64,000 bases of DNA from an uncultured Gemmatimonadales bacterium (GCA_963695555.1 CAVOGR010000002.1:32001-96000); one strand, 5' to 3'. Positions 37,743 to 48,641 are shown, counted from the stretch's first letter. Notes: generated by a model from the letters alone, not told the origin. Numbers and translations: made by a program.

Positions 37743-38582
37743 CTACTGCTCGAGCGTCTCCTTCAAGAAGGCGACGGTGCGGGCCCATGCCTCCTGGCTG
37801 GCCCGAAGGTTGGCTCCGTTACGCTCCTGCTGAGCCCGCAGGAATCCGTGGCCGGCTCCGTCGTAAGTAATTGCCTCATAGGATTTTCCGAGGCTCACCA
37901 TCGATTGTCTGGTAGGGGCGATATCGGCGTTGACCCGGGCATCATCACCGCCGTAGTTGCCCAGCACCCGGGCATTGACTCGGGCCAGCGCTTCCGGGCC
38001 GGGTGAGCTCCCGTAGTACACCACCGCAGCCCGGAGATCCGAGTAAGTGGTCGCGAAATTGAAGCTCCGCCGGCCGCCCCAACAGAAGCCGATGCTTCCG
38101 ACGCGGCTGGTGGCCGCAGGCAGCGAGGTGCCGTAGATCGCGGCGGCACCGAGGCGCCGCGCAACCTCATCATTCTCCAGGCCCCGGATCAGCCGGACCG
38201 CACCCTGACGGTCGACAGACTCGCTGCCGCCGCCATCCGGTCCCTTGCCGCTCAAGAGGTCGGGCGCCACGGCGACGAACCCTTCCGCGGCGAGTTGGTC
38301 AGCGACGCCACGGACCCAATCGGTGTGGCCATAGATCTCGTGGATCACGATGACGACGGGTGCAGGGTCGGGCCGTTCCGGGTAGACCACCCACGCCGTC
38401 ACGCTATCACCGCTCCCGGCATCGTACTTTACCCATTCACCATGCCGGGGCGAGGCATCGAGCCTCGTCGTGGCGCCCGCCTCATCGGCGGGAAGTTGAA
38501 TCTGTGCCGCGCTCGGAGTTGGCGCCGCGATGAGTCCCAGTGTGGCGACGAAGGCGGCGAAGGATTTCAGGAAGCGTAGCAT
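37743..38582 (-). CDS. Dienelactone hydrolase family protein, secreted
   Basis: VIHEIYG, APDLL, GFCWGG, YDGAGHGF; signal peptide. Confidence 0.92.
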   Translation of the reverse strand: MLRFLKSFAAFVATLGLIAAPTPSAAQIQLPADEAGATTRLDASPRHGEWVKYDAGSGDSVTAWVVYPERPDPAPVVIVIHEIYGHTDWVRGVADQLAAEGFVAVAPDLLSGKGPDGGGSESVDRQGAVRLIRGLENDEVARRLGAAAIYGTSLPAATSRVGSIGFCWGGRRSFNFATTYSDLRAAVVYYGSSPGPEALARVNARVLGNYGGDDARVNADIAPTRQSMVSLGKSYEAITYDGAGHGFLRAQQERNGANLRASQEAWARTVAFLKETLEQ

Positions 38583-38691
38583 GTTTGGTTCCGGTTAAAG
38601 GCTCGTGGCTATGGGCGGATCGGCGGTTCGACGGTTCGTTAGAAGTTTCGTGCACCGAATCGCCCAACCGCTGAGTCCTACTTCCCACTCC

Positions 38692-39693
38692 CTACTCCCT
38701 GCTCCCTACTCCCGTCTCGAGCACCGCCGCCCCCCTGACCCGGCCGGCCCTGAGCTTCTCCAGCGCCTGCTGGGCCGCGGAAAGCGGATACGGTTCCGTC
38801 TCCGTGCGAACAGGTATCTCGGGAGCGAGCGCCAGGAACTCCTCGCCGTCCCGACGAGTCAGATTGGCCACCGACCGCACCACACGCTCGCCCCAGAGGA
38901 TTTCGTAGGGAAAGGACGGAATGGCGCTCATGTGGATTCCCGCGCAGACGACGGTGCCGCCCTTGGCCACAGCGCGTAACGCTGCCGGGACGAGCCCACC
39001 GACCGGCGCAAACAAGATCGCGGCATCGAGCGGCTCGGGCGGCAGCGTGTCGGAACCGCCGGCCCATTCGGCACCCAGCTCCCCGGCAAACCGCTGAGCT
39101 TCGATATCTCCCGGCCGGGTGAACGCGAAGACACGGCGTCCCTGGTGCCGTGCCACCTGGGCCACGATGTGCGCCGCCGCACCGAAGCCGTAGAGTCCCA
39201 GCCGCTCCGCATCGCCGGCCGCGACCAGCGACCGATACCCGATCAAGCCGGCACAGAGAAGCGGCGCCGCCTCGACATCGGAAAGTCCCTCCGCTATCGG
39301 GAAGCAAAACCGCTCGTCCGCCACGGTGAACTCCGCGTACCCGCCATCGACGTGGTAGCCGGTAAACCGCGCGGCGTCACAGAGGTTCTCACGGCCGGTC
39401 TCACAGTAGCGGCAGTTGCCGCAGGTCCCGCCAAGCCACGGAACGCCTACCCGCTGTCCTACGGCAAAGCGCTCCACACCCGCCCCGACATCCGCGACCC
39501 GACCCACGATCTCGTGGCCGAGGACCAACGGGAGCTTGGGCTCGCCGAGGTCGCCGTCGAGTACATGAAGATCGGTGCGACAGACGCCGCACGCGTGGAC
39601 CTCGATCAGGGCCTCATGGGGGCCCGGCTCCGGCCGGGGCACCTCGGCCTCACGCAACGGGCGCCCCGGTCCGTCGAACAGCATGGCGCGCAT
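38692..39693 (-). CDS. Zinc-dependent alcohol dehydrogenase family protein
   Basis: CGVCRTDLH, GHEIVG, CGNCRYC..ENLC, APLLCAG, GLYGFGAAA. Confidence 0.94.
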   Translation of the reverse strand: MRAMLFDGPGRPLREAEVPRPEPGPHEALIEVHACGVCRTDLHVLDGDLGEPKLPLVLGHEIVGRVADVGAGVERFAVGQRVGVPWLGGTCGNCRYCETGRENLCDAARFTGYHVDGGYAEFTVADERFCFPIAEGLSDVEAAPLLCAGLIGYRSLVAAGDAERLGLYGFGAAAHIVAQVARHQGRRVFAFTRPGDIEAQRFAGELGAEWAGGSDTLPPEPLDAAILFAPVGGLVPAALRAVAKGGTVVCAGIHMSAIPSFPYEILWGERVVRSVANLTRRDGEEFLALAPEIPVRTETEPYPLSAAQQALEKLRAGRVRGAAVLETGVGSRE

Positions 39694-39833
39694 GGTTTGA
39701 AGATGGGGAGGCAGCTGGAAGTCGGAAAGGCGCAAGGCGGAAAGGCAGGAAGGACTGACGGCGGTTGGGCGGTTGGGCGGTCCGAGGTCTTGTTCCCGCG
39801 ACTATCGAACCGCCGACCCGCCGAATCTAGCCC

Positions 39834-40520
39834 CTACTCATGCTTCTCATTGTGCTCCATCTCATGCTCCTGTGCCTTGTCATGATCCATGTCATGATCC
39901 TTCTCATGGTCCATGGCATGATGGCCGGGGAAGTTCGCATCATGCATGACCTCTTCGGCCTGCATCACGTGCCGCTCGGTGTGGTACGCCAGGAAGGCGA
40001 GCCATTGCTCCCCATCCATCATGCCGAAGGCAGGGTGCGGCAACACGTGACCGTGCACGTCGGCGTCACTCTTGGCGAACTCGACGATGGCCTTCCGGTT
40101 GGCTTCGAAGGCCTCGCGCCAGGCCGCCGGGGTCGTCCAGCGGCCGGATGGTGTGACCTGCGCGGGCGCTTGGAACTTGGCACTCCGGTCGCGCATGATG
40201 GCCGCGATCTGGGTGACAGGCATCTGGGCCTTCTCAGAGAGACTGGTCGTTGATTCGTTGAAGGGACCCTTCAACGCCTCTACGATGCCCTGTTCCGTGA
40301 CCAGGATGTGCTCGGCCACCTCGCCGAGGGACCAGCGATCGGGGGCCGGCTTCCAGTTCCACTCATCAGCGGTGTGATGCTCGCTCATATGCATGAGCTT
40401 CATGGTGGTCATCTTCAACGATTCGAGGATCGGCTCCCGCTCGGCCGGGGTGAGGGCCTGGCCGTGAAGCAGTGCAGGCACCAGGGCCAGCACAACGGTC
40501 GAGAGAATGCGTCTCATCAT
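39834..40520 (-). CDS. Secreted DinB-family protein with His/Met-rich tail
   Basis: WKPAPDRWSLGEVAEHI, HPAFG, YHTERH; signal peptide. Confidence 0.88.
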   Translation of the reverse strand: MMRRILSTVVLALVPALLHGQALTPAEREPILESLKMTTMKLMHMSEHHTADEWNWKPAPDRWSLGEVAEHILVTEQGIVEALKGPFNESTTSLSEKAQMPVTQIAAIMRDRSAKFQAPAQVTPSGRWTTPAAWREAFEANRKAIVEFAKSDADVHGHVLPHPAFGMMDGEQWLAFLAYHTERHVMQAEEVMHDANFPGHHAMDHEKDHDMDHDKAQEHEMEHNEKHE

Positions 40521-40692
40521 GTGGTCAACCTCTACAAAAGGGTTTGTCGGTAACAGAGAAAAATACCCAGTCGGTCGGCTCCGTGATAGGAACACCTACG
40601 AAGAGAGGACGCCCGGGTTTCCAATCGGGGCAACGCCCGCATGGCCGCCAGCGCTGACCCCGTTAGAATACGGACGCCCACTGGGAGAGATT

Positions 40693-43011
40693 GTGATTCG
40701 ACTGCTTGGATGGACGGTTGTGATATTCGAAGCGCTGGGGGGCGGCTCCTTGTACGCGCAGGATACCCTACCCCCGGGACCGAGCGGCGCCATCGAGGTC
40801 GAGGTGCGGCGGGCCTCCACCCGCCTGGCCCTGGCCGATGCAACGGTGCGGCTCGACGGTACCCCGTCGATCTCGATTACCGATGCTGCCGGACGCGCCG
40901 TGCTCCGGAACATCGCCCCAGGCATCTACGCGCTCCGGGTAACTGCCATCGGCTTCCGCCCCTTCGCGGTGTCGGACGTGGTGGTGAGCAGCGGCAAGAC
41001 GCACACCGTGACGGTCGAGCTCTGGCCCAGCCCGATCGAGGTGGACGAACTGACCGCGGCGGCCTATTTCCAACCGGCGCCGGATGCAACCGGACGGACC
41101 GACGTCTTCGGCGCCGAGGAGGCTCGTCGCGCACCGGGAGTCCAGGAAGATGTGGTGCGAGCGGTAGCGCTCTTCCCAGGCGTCGCCGTGACGACCGCGG
41201 GGCGGAACGATCTCGTGGTTCGCGGCGGCGCGCCATTCGAGAATCTCTTCCTCATCGACAACATCGAAGTACCCAACATCAACCACTTCGGCTCCCAAGG
41301 CTCCACCGGCGGGCCATTGTCCCTCATCAACATCGACTTCGTCCGATCGGTCAGTTTCTCCAGCGGGGGCTTCGGCGCGCAATACGGCGACCGGACCTCG
41401 GCCGTCACCAACATCTCCTTACGCGATGGAAGCCGGGAGCGGGTGTCCGGAGAGCTCAACCTATCGGCCACCGGATTTGGCCTGATCGGCGAGGGGCCGC
41501 TCGGGCGGAACGGATCGTTCCTGCTCAGCGCCCGACGCAGCTATCTGGATCTGATCTTCAAGGCGGCGGGCTTCAGCTTCGTGCCCGCCTATTGGGACTT
41601 CCAACTGAAGGCCACCCGGCGCATGGGACAGAACGGCACCCTGTCGTTTCTCACCATCGGCGCCCTCAACGACATCAGCTTCGTCAACGACGACGCCGAG
41701 GATCGCTTCGACAACAGCAGGATCCTGGCGCCGGAGCAGCGGCAATACTTCTCGGGGCTCACCTACCAACAGGCCTTCGCGCGCGGCTACCTGGCCCTCA
41801 CACTGGGCCGCACCTTCACCCGTTTCCGGACGGTCCAGCGCGACTCGCTCGATCCGCCGCAGGTCGTGTTCCGGAGTTTCTCCACCGAGGGAGAGAACAG
41901 TCTCCGCGCCGACCTGACGCTCGAGCTGACGCCGCGCCTCACCATAGCGTTCGGCAACGTGGCCAAGTACGCGAGCGCCCTGGATTACGACATCATTCTG
42001 CCCGGCGAGTTGCGCCGCGATGATGTCGGTGCACCGCGGCCGCTTCGGGTCGACACCAGTTTCACCGCATTCCGGAACGCCACCTATGCCCAGGGCACCT
42101 GGCGGCAGAACCGCTGGACCGTAACGGCGGGCCTACGAGCCGATTACTACGATTTCCTGCGCGGCTCCTTCCGCCTCGCCGAGCGGATGGGGGTGGCGTA
42201 CCGAGTGGGACGCAACTCCGAGCTCAGGCTGAACCGTGGCCGGTACTATCAGGCTCCGTCCTACATTTGGTTGCTCGGCGATCCTCGAAACATCGAGACC
42301 CTCGAGCCCATCCGTGCGACCCACCTCGGGCTGGGCTTCGAGCAGTTGCTCCGAGCGGATCTCAGGTTCCAAATCGAGGGATACCACAAGACCTACCGCG
42401 ACTACCCGGCCCGGACATTCCGGCCTCAAGCCGTGTTGGCTCCGTCCGGATTCGAAGATGTGACCAACGACATTCCTTTTGGACTCGAGCCGCTGGTGAG
42501 CCAGGGAACCGGCCGCGCCTTCGGCGTCGAGGCGCTGCTCCAGAAACGGTTGAGCGACATCCCCCTCTACGGACTGGTGAGCCTGAGCCTGGGGCGCTCG
42601 GAGTTCGAGGGTCTGGATGGGGTCGAGCGGCCCGGCGCATTCGACACCCGGTTCATCGGGACGGTACTCGCAGGCTATCGCTTCAACCCACGGTGGGAGT
42701 TGAGCGGCAAGTTCCGGGTGGCCAGCGGGCAGCCGACCACCCCGTTCATTACGTCCGGGCCGCTCGCGGGGAGCCTCGATTTCTCGCGCTATAACGCCGG
42801 GCCGCGGCTTCCCGCCTTTCACGCCCTCGACATCCGGGTGGATCGCCGATGGAGCTTCCGCTCCTGGCAGCTGGTGGTCTACCTGGACGTGCAGAACGTC
42901 TATGGGCGCACCAACGTTTCGCAGATTCGGTGGAACGCGCAGGAGCAGCGGGTGGAAGACGACGAAGCGCTGGGAATTCTGCCCAGTATCGGTGTCAACA
43001 TCGAGTTCTAG
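40693..43011 (+). CDS. TonB-dependent outer-membrane receptor (start approximate)
   Basis: Carboxypeptidase-regulatory-like N-domain, plug motifs DLVVRGG..ENLFLID, GGFGAQYG; C-terminal GVNIEF. Confidence 0.9.
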   Translation: MIRLLGWTVVIFEALGGGSLYAQDTLPPGPSGAIEVEVRRASTRLALADATVRLDGTPSISITDAAGRAVLRNIAPGIYALRVTAIGFRPFAVSDVVVSSGKTHTVTVELWPSPIEVDELTAAAYFQPAPDATGRTDVFGAEEARRAPGVQEDVVRAVALFPGVAVTTAGRNDLVVRGGAPFENLFLIDNIEVPNINHFGSQGSTGGPLSLINIDFVRSVSFSSGGFGAQYGDRTSAVTNISLRDGSRERVSGELNLSATGFGLIGEGPLGRNGSFLLSARRSYLDLIFKAAGFSFVPAYWDFQLKATRRMGQNGTLSFLTIGALNDISFVNDDAEDRFDNSRILAPEQRQYFSGLTYQQAFARGYLALTLGRTFTRFRTVQRDSLDPPQVVFRSFSTEGENSLRADLTLELTPRLTIAFGNVAKYASALDYDIILPGELRRDDVGAPRPLRVDTSFTAFRNATYAQGTWRQNRWTVTAGLRADYYDFLRGSFRLAERMGVAYRVGRNSELRLNRGRYYQAPSYIWLLGDPRNIETLEPIRATHLGLGFEQLLRADLRFQIEGYHKTYRDYPARTFRPQAVLAPSGFEDVTNDIPFGLEPLVSQGTGRAFGVEALLQKRLSDIPLYGLVSLSLGRSEFEGLDGVERPGAFDTRFIGTVLAGYRFNPRWELSGKFRVASGQPTTPFITSGPLAGSLDFSRYNAGPRLPAFHALDIRVDRRWSFRSWQLVVYLDVQNVYGRTNVSQIRWNAQEQRVEDDEALGILPSIGVNIEF

Positions 43012-43106
43012 GCCCCAGGTTCCCGACCTTGAACCGTGGCCGTAATGTGGGGTAGTATATCTGGCTCGATACGGTCTTACTCCAGCAGAGCGGTTCTTCT
43101 CGAGCT

Positions 43107-44054
43107 ATGTCTCAACCAATTCTGTCCCTCGACGGCGTGAGCAAGCACTTCGGCCCGGTGGCCGCGGTGGACCAGGTCAGTTTCGCCGTCGACCGGGGCC
43201 AGGTCGTGGGGTTCCTGGGGCCAAACGGGGCCGGGAAGTCCACCACCATGCGGATGATCACCCAGTTCATCGAGCCCGATCAGGGCCAGATCCAGTTCGA
43301 CGGCCAGCCGCTGTTCGAGGCCGGCCGTGAAGCCAAGCGCCGGATCGGTTATCTGCCGGAGAACAACCCGCTCTACACCGAGATGCTGGTCACGGAATAC
43401 CTCGACTTCGTCGCCGGGCTCCGAGCGATTCCTCGGGCGGAGCGGCTGGGCGAGGTGGACCGGGTCGTCGCGGCGACGGCCATCGAAGAGGTGTTCTACC
43501 GGCCGATCGGCGATCTGTCCAAGGGATTCAAGCAGCGGGTCGGGCTGGCGCAGGCCATCCTGCACCGACCGGACCTCCTGGTGCTCGATGAGCCGACCGA
43601 AGGGCTGGACCCGAACCAGCGGGTCGAGATCCGGCACCTCATCAGCCACCTCGGCAAAGACCGGACGGTCATCCTCTCGACCCACGTATTGCAGGAAGTG
43701 CAGCATACGTGCTCACGCCTCCTGATCATCAACCGCGGACAGATCGTGGCCGACGGCCCGGTCGAGCAGCTGGTCGCGAGCGCCAAGGGCCTGGTCCAGA
43801 TTGCGGTCGAGGTGAAGGGCAGCGGCGTCGCCGAGGCGCTCGAGAAGCTGGACGGGGTCACCCGCGTCGAGGCCGCGCCGGGCGCGGACGGGAGGACCGC
43901 CGTCACCGTCACGGCCGAGGGCAGCAAGGATGTCCGGCCGGCCATCTTCGGCCTGGCTCGCGACAAGCAATGGGCGCTCTATGAACTACACCAGGAAAGC
44001 GGCAGCCTGGAAGATCTCTTCCGTGAGCTGACGGCGGGACCGACGAAACCATGA
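43107..44054 (+). CDS. ABC transporter ATP-binding protein (GldA-like)
   Basis: GPNGAGKST, LSKGFKQRVGLA, LVLDEPT, STH. Confidence 0.94.
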   Translation: MSQPILSLDGVSKHFGPVAAVDQVSFAVDRGQVVGFLGPNGAGKSTTMRMITQFIEPDQGQIQFDGQPLFEAGREAKRRIGYLPENNPLYTEMLVTEYLDFVAGLRAIPRAERLGEVDRVVAATAIEEVFYRPIGDLSKGFKQRVGLAQAILHRPDLLVLDEPTEGLDPNQRVEIRHLISHLGKDRTVILSTHVLQEVQHTCSRLLIINRGQIVADGPVEQLVASAKGLVQIAVEVKGSGVAEALEKLDGVTRVEAAPGADGRTAVTVTAEGSKDVRPAIFGLARDKQWALYELHQESGSLEDLFRELTAGPTKP

Positions 44055-46291
44055 AGCGCATCTGGGTCATCGCGGCGCGGGAACTCCGCGCACTCCTCGA
44101 TCACCCGACCGGGTACATCCTGATCCTGGTGTTCCTCGGCGTGAACAACTTCCTGTTCTTCCGTCAGGTGTTCGTGTCGGGCGTCGCCTCGATCCGGCCA
44201 ATGCTGGATCTCATGCCCTGGCTCCTGCTCTTCCTGGTGCCGGCGGTGACCATGCGCGCCTTGGCCGAAGACACCCGAACAGGCACGCTCGAAGTGGTAC
44301 TGGCCCAGCCAGTGTCGGATTGGGAGCTGCTGCTCGGGAAGTACTTCGGCAGCGTCATGTTTCTCTGGATCGCGCTCGGCCTCACCCTGCTGGTGCCGGT
44401 CGGTCTGTCCTTCGGCGCCGACCTTCCGGCGGGAGTCATCGTCGCCCAATACGTGGGCGCCGCTCTCCTGGTTGCCGGGCTCGCCGGTGTAGGCATCTGG
44501 GCGTCCAGCCTGACCCGGAATCAGATCACCGCCTTCATTGTCGGCGTCGGCGTCATGTTCGTCCTGATCCTGGTCGGACTCGATCCCCTGCTCGTCGGTC
44601 TGCCGCCTGCCCTGGGCCTCGTGGCCGCCCGCCTCGGCGTCTTGGCCCATTTCGCCAACATCGGCCGGGGCGTCATCGACCTCCGCGACGTGATCTACTT
44701 CGTCTCGCTCGGCGCCGTCTTCATCACGCTCGCCTACGGCACGCTGGTCGGCCGCCGGCTGAGCGCCAAGGGGGAAGCCCGGAGGCGCTTGCGCATGGGC
44801 GTGCCCGTCCTGGTTGGGGCGGCAATCGTGGTGAACCTGCTCGGGAGCTACATCGGCGGCCGGCTCGACCTCACGCCTGGAAAGGCGTACACGCTCACGC
44901 GGACCACCAAGAACCTGGTCCGCAACCTGGATGACTTTGTGACGGTCAAGCTCTTCGTCTCGCAGGAGCTTCCGCCCCAAGTCGCCCTGGTGAAGCGCGA
45001 CATCGACGATCTGCTCCGTGACCTGCGCGGCGCGAGCGGCGGCAATCTCCGCGTGGTAGAACTGCACCCCGGTGACGACCCCGATGTGCGCGCGTCCGCC
45101 CGGGCACTCGGCATCCCCGCCGTGCAATTCAATGTGTTCGGGGAGTCGCGGCTGCAGATCCAGGAAGGGTACATGGGCATCGCGGTCGAACACGCGGGCA
45201 GAACGGAGACGATCCCATTTGTGCGCCGAAGCGACGACCTCGAATATCGGCTCGCCACCGCCATCCAGTCGCTGGCGCATGGGGACGAGCAATCCGTCAT
45301 CGGGCTCGTGACCAGTGCGCGCGGCCAGGTGGGCCAGCCCCTCTACCAGGCGCTGCAGCAGGAGTTGAGTAAGACCTATCAGGTCCGGCCGCTGTCCTTC
45401 CCGGCGCCGGGATTGCCGGAGGACGACATCAAGGTGCTGGTCCTCGCGGGGCATCCGGATTCCCTGCCCGCCGACCAGATGGAGCGGCTCGAGGCCTTCT
45501 TCGATCGGGGAGGGAGCGCCCTGGTGATGGCCAGTGCCATGCAGATGGATCCGTCGCAGCAGATGGTGGCGACGGAGCGGTCGGTTCCCTGGAACCGGGT
45601 AATCGCGCCGTTCGGCGTGGCGGTTCAGGCGGACATGGTGTACGACCTGCTGAGCAATGAGCCCGTCTCTCTGCCGACCCAGTTCGGGCGTGTGCTCACG
45701 GCCTATCCGTATTGGGTGCGTGCCGCCAGCACTGGCTCCTCCATTGTGAACGAACAGGCGCAGTCCCTCTTTCTGCCCTGGACCAGCTCCATCGATACCA
45801 CGGGCGCGGCGCCGGGCACGGTGACTCCCTTGTTCGTGTCCAGCCAAGCAGGCGGGGTCCAGACCCAGCAAGTCCTCTTGATGCCGCAGCAACAGTTCCC
45901 GCAAACCAACCTGGCCACCCGGGTCCTGGCCGTCATGGTCGACCCGAACGCTGTGGGCGATCAGGCTTCGACCGGCGGGCGGGGACGGCTCATCGTGGTC
46001 GGGAACTCCGAGTTCGTGGCGGATGACCAGCTCCGCTCCGCTCCCGAGAATCTGACATTCGTGCTGAATGCGATCGATTGGCTGTCCCAGGACGAGTCCC
46101 TGATCGCCATCCGCTCGAAGGACCGTACGCCGCCACCATTGGTACTGACCGAGGGCAAGCGGAACGCGGTGAAGTATGCCAATCTCATCGCATTGCCGAT
46201 CGTCGTGATCCTCGCTGCGATCGTGCGACTGCTCGGACGACGCCGCATGACCCGCCGCACCTACCGGCGCGGGGAACAGGAGCCGGCATGA
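44051..46291 (+). CDS. ABC-2 permease fused to GldG-type auxiliary domain (GldF-GldG-like)
   Basis: PAVTMRALAED..GTLE..GKY, RGVIDLRD, RLDLT..YTL, EYRLATAI, NAIDWLSQDESLIAIRSK; ATGA overlap. Confidence 0.88.
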   Translation: MKRIWVIAARELRALLDHPTGYILILVFLGVNNFLFFRQVFVSGVASIRPMLDLMPWLLLFLVPAVTMRALAEDTRTGTLEVVLAQPVSDWELLLGKYFGSVMFLWIALGLTLLVPVGLSFGADLPAGVIVAQYVGAALLVAGLAGVGIWASSLTRNQITAFIVGVGVMFVLILVGLDPLLVGLPPALGLVAARLGVLAHFANIGRGVIDLRDVIYFVSLGAVFITLAYGTLVGRRLSAKGEARRRLRMGVPVLVGAAIVVNLLGSYIGGRLDLTPGKAYTLTRTTKNLVRNLDDFVTVKLFVSQELPPQVALVKRDIDDLLRDLRGASGGNLRVVELHPGDDPDVRASARALGIPAVQFNVFGESRLQIQEGYMGIAVEHAGRTETIPFVRRSDDLEYRLATAIQSLAHGDEQSVIGLVTSARGQVGQPLYQALQQELSKTYQVRPLSFPAPGLPEDDIKVLVLAGHPDSLPADQMERLEAFFDRGGSALVMASAMQMDPSQQMVATERSVPWNRVIAPFGVAVQADMVYDLLSNEPVSLPTQFGRVLTAYPYWVRAASTGSSIVNEQAQSLFLPWTSSIDTTGAAPGTVTPLFVSSQAGGVQTQQVLLMPQQQFPQTNLATRVLAVMVDPNAVGDQASTGGRGRLIVVGNSEFVADDQLRSAPENLTFVLNAIDWLSQDESLIAIRSKDRTPPPLVLTEGKRNAVKYANLIALPIVVILAAIVRLLGRRRMTRRTYRRGEQEPA

Positions 46292-47202
46292 GTACGTCCT
46301 TTCTGAAGCGGGCCGGCCTGGTGCTGCTCGCCCTCCTGCTTCTGTGGGGAATTCTGGCCCTGCTCCGCCGGGGCACGAGCGAGGACATCGCGGGCTTCGT
46401 CCTGCCGAGCTTCGACTCGGCCGCCTTGAATCGGATCACCATCACCACCGAGACCGATACCATCTCCCTCGTGCGGGCCCAGGGAAACGACTGGGAGGCC
46501 AACGGGCTACCCGCCGCGAGCCCGGCCGTAAACGATCTGTACAATGCCGTGTTCGACAGCACCACCGCGGCGCGGAGCGAACTCGCGGCGCGGAGCACGG
46601 CATCCCATGCACGCATGGGAGTGGAGGGGCTGGGCAAGTCGCACATGCTGTTCATGGCCGGCACCGATACGATCGCCGACCTGCGGGTGGGCAATCCCAC
46701 CGAGACCGGCCGTGGGGCCTTCGTGCGCCTGGGCGATGCACCCGAGGTGTACCGGGTGACGACCGACCTGGCCCGGCTTGGCTCGCAGCCGGTCGATCAT
46801 TGGCGCGACAAGCAGATCGTGGCCATTACGCCGGAGCAGGTCGATAACGTCACGGTCTCGTGGCCGGGCCGACGGTATGCGTTGACCCGGTCCGATGGCA
46901 TCTGGACCGTCGATGGCGCTGCCACCGATAGCACGGCCGTGGCGACCATGCTTCGGGGATACGCCAACCTCGAGGCCACGGGCTTCCCGACCGCCGATGA
47001 ACTCGATACCATCGACTTCTCGAGCCCGGACGGACGCATCGTCTTGCGCGGTATGGGCGGCGACACGCTGGCGGCATTGGAATTCGATTCCACCGCCGCT
47101 GGAATCTGGACCCGACGCGCCTCGGGCGGCCCCGTGTTCGAGTTGGCCGCGTGGTACGGCGCCCGGTTGGCGCCAGACAAGAGGGTGCTGACCGGTCGGT
47201 AA
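46288..47202 (+). CDS. DUF4340 domain protein
   Basis: N-terminal TM, VYRV...HWRDKQI; usual position after GldG-like genes; ATGA overlap. Confidence 0.8.
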   Translation: MSTSFLKRAGLVLLALLLLWGILALLRRGTSEDIAGFVLPSFDSAALNRITITTETDTISLVRAQGNDWEANGLPAASPAVNDLYNAVFDSTTAARSELAARSTASHARMGVEGLGKSHMLFMAGTDTIADLRVGNPTETGRGAFVRLGDAPEVYRVTTDLARLGSQPVDHWRDKQIVAITPEQVDNVTVSWPGRRYALTRSDGIWTVDGAATDSTAVATMLRGYANLEATGFPTADELDTIDFSSPDGRIVLRGMGGDTLAALEFDSTAAGIWTRRASGGPVFELAAWYGARLAPDKRVLTGR

Positions 47203-47288
47203 GCAGCTCATGACAAATCACCGGTCGATCAACGGGCGCTGACTCTAGCGCCTGTCACCCTACTCCCGACTCCCGACTCCCTACTCCC

Positions 47289-48641
47289 TTGTCCGTCTCC
47301 TACGCCCGTCGGCTCGGCCTCTTCTCGGGGACCATGATGGTGGTCGGCGGGATCATCGGGGCTGGGATCTTCCTCAACCCGGCGATCGTGGCGCAGCGGG
47401 TCGGCACCCCCGGCCTGACGCTTTCGGTCTGGGTGCTGGGCGGAGCGGTGGCGCTGATCGGGGCGTTCTGCTTTGGCGAGTTGGGTGACCGGCTCCCGAA
47501 GGCCGGCGGCGGCTATGTGTATCTGCGCGACGCCTTCGGACCGTTGCCCGCGTTCCTCTATGCCTGGGCTCTCCTGCTCGTCATCGCGACCGGAGCAATC
47601 GCCGCGGTTGCCGTTACGTTCGCCAACTATGCCATCGCACTCACGGGAGCACCCGAACGACTCGGGGTGCCTGTGGCCATTGGGGCCATCGTGCTGTTGT
47701 CGGCCGTCAACTACCTGGGGGTCAAGCCGGGGGCCGTCACCCAGAACGTCTTTACCGTGCTCAAGCTCGTGGCCATCGCCGGCTTGGTCGCGACAGGCCT
47801 CGCCTTCGCCGGCGCGGGGCCGGCCGAGCCCATGGCGGCCCTCGAACCGCCACACGGTTTTCTCGCCGTCGGCATCGCCGTGGCGTCGGCCCTGAGCCCG
47901 GTGCTCTTCGCGTACGGGGGCTGGCAGCAAACCAACTACATCGCGGAGGAGATCATCGATGTACGGCGCAACTTGCCGCGAGCGCTCGTGCTGGGCGTCG
48001 TCATCGTGGTCGTGTCGTACCTCCTAGTCAACGTGACCTACCTGAAGGCACTCTCGGCGCCGGGCCTCGCCGCAAGCAACGCCCCCGCCGCCGACGCCAT
48101 GGGCACCCTCTTTGGCGTCACCGGGGCGCGGCTCATTTCCGCCGGCATTGCCATCTCGACGTTTGGATTCCTGAACCTCGTTATTCTGGTGACGCCGCGG
48201 GTCTACCAGACCATGGCGAGCGACGGCCTCTTCTTTCCCGGGATCGCGCGGCTCCATCCGAAGCATCGGACGCCCACCGCCGCCATCACCTTCCAGGCCG
48301 CGTGGGCCATCCTGCTCACGGTGAGCGGGACCTATGGTGCCCTGCTGGACTACGTCGTGTTCGGTGATTGGATCTTCTTTGGACTGACGGTCGCCACTCT
48401 GTTCGTCTACCGCCGGCGCGATCGGGCAAGCGGCGCCGATCCGGCACCGGCCGGCCGGTTCCGAGTGCCGGGCTACCCGGTCACTCCCCTTCTCTTCGTG
48501 CTGGCAGCGGGGTATGTCGTGGCGGGCTCGATCGGCACCAACCCATCGAACGCGGCACGAGGTGCCGCCCTCCTGGCGCTGGGGGTGCCGGTGTTCTACT
48601 TCTGGCAGAAGAGATCACAGAAAGCGAGTCGCACAGCCTGA
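47289..48641 (+). CDS. APC-family amino acid permease
   Basis: RRLGLFSG..IIGAGIF, ELGDRLPKAGGGY, FAYGGW, PRVYQTMASDGLF. Confidence 0.93.
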   Translation: MSVSYARRLGLFSGTMMVVGGIIGAGIFLNPAIVAQRVGTPGLTLSVWVLGGAVALIGAFCFGELGDRLPKAGGGYVYLRDAFGPLPAFLYAWALLLVIATGAIAAVAVTFANYAIALTGAPERLGVPVAIGAIVLLSAVNYLGVKPGAVTQNVFTVLKLVAIAGLVATGLAFAGAGPAEPMAALEPPHGFLAVGIAVASALSPVLFAYGGWQQTNYIAEEIIDVRRNLPRALVLGVVIVVVSYLLVNVTYLKALSAPGLAASNAPAADAMGTLFGVTGARLISAGIAISTFGFLNLVILVTPRVYQTMASDGLFFPGIARLHPKHRTPTAAITFQAAWAILLTVSGTYGALLDYVVFGDWIFFGLTVATLFVYRRRDRASGADPAPAGRFRVPGYPVTPLLFVLAAGYVVAGSIGTNPSNAARGAALLALGVPVFYFWQKRSQKASRTA

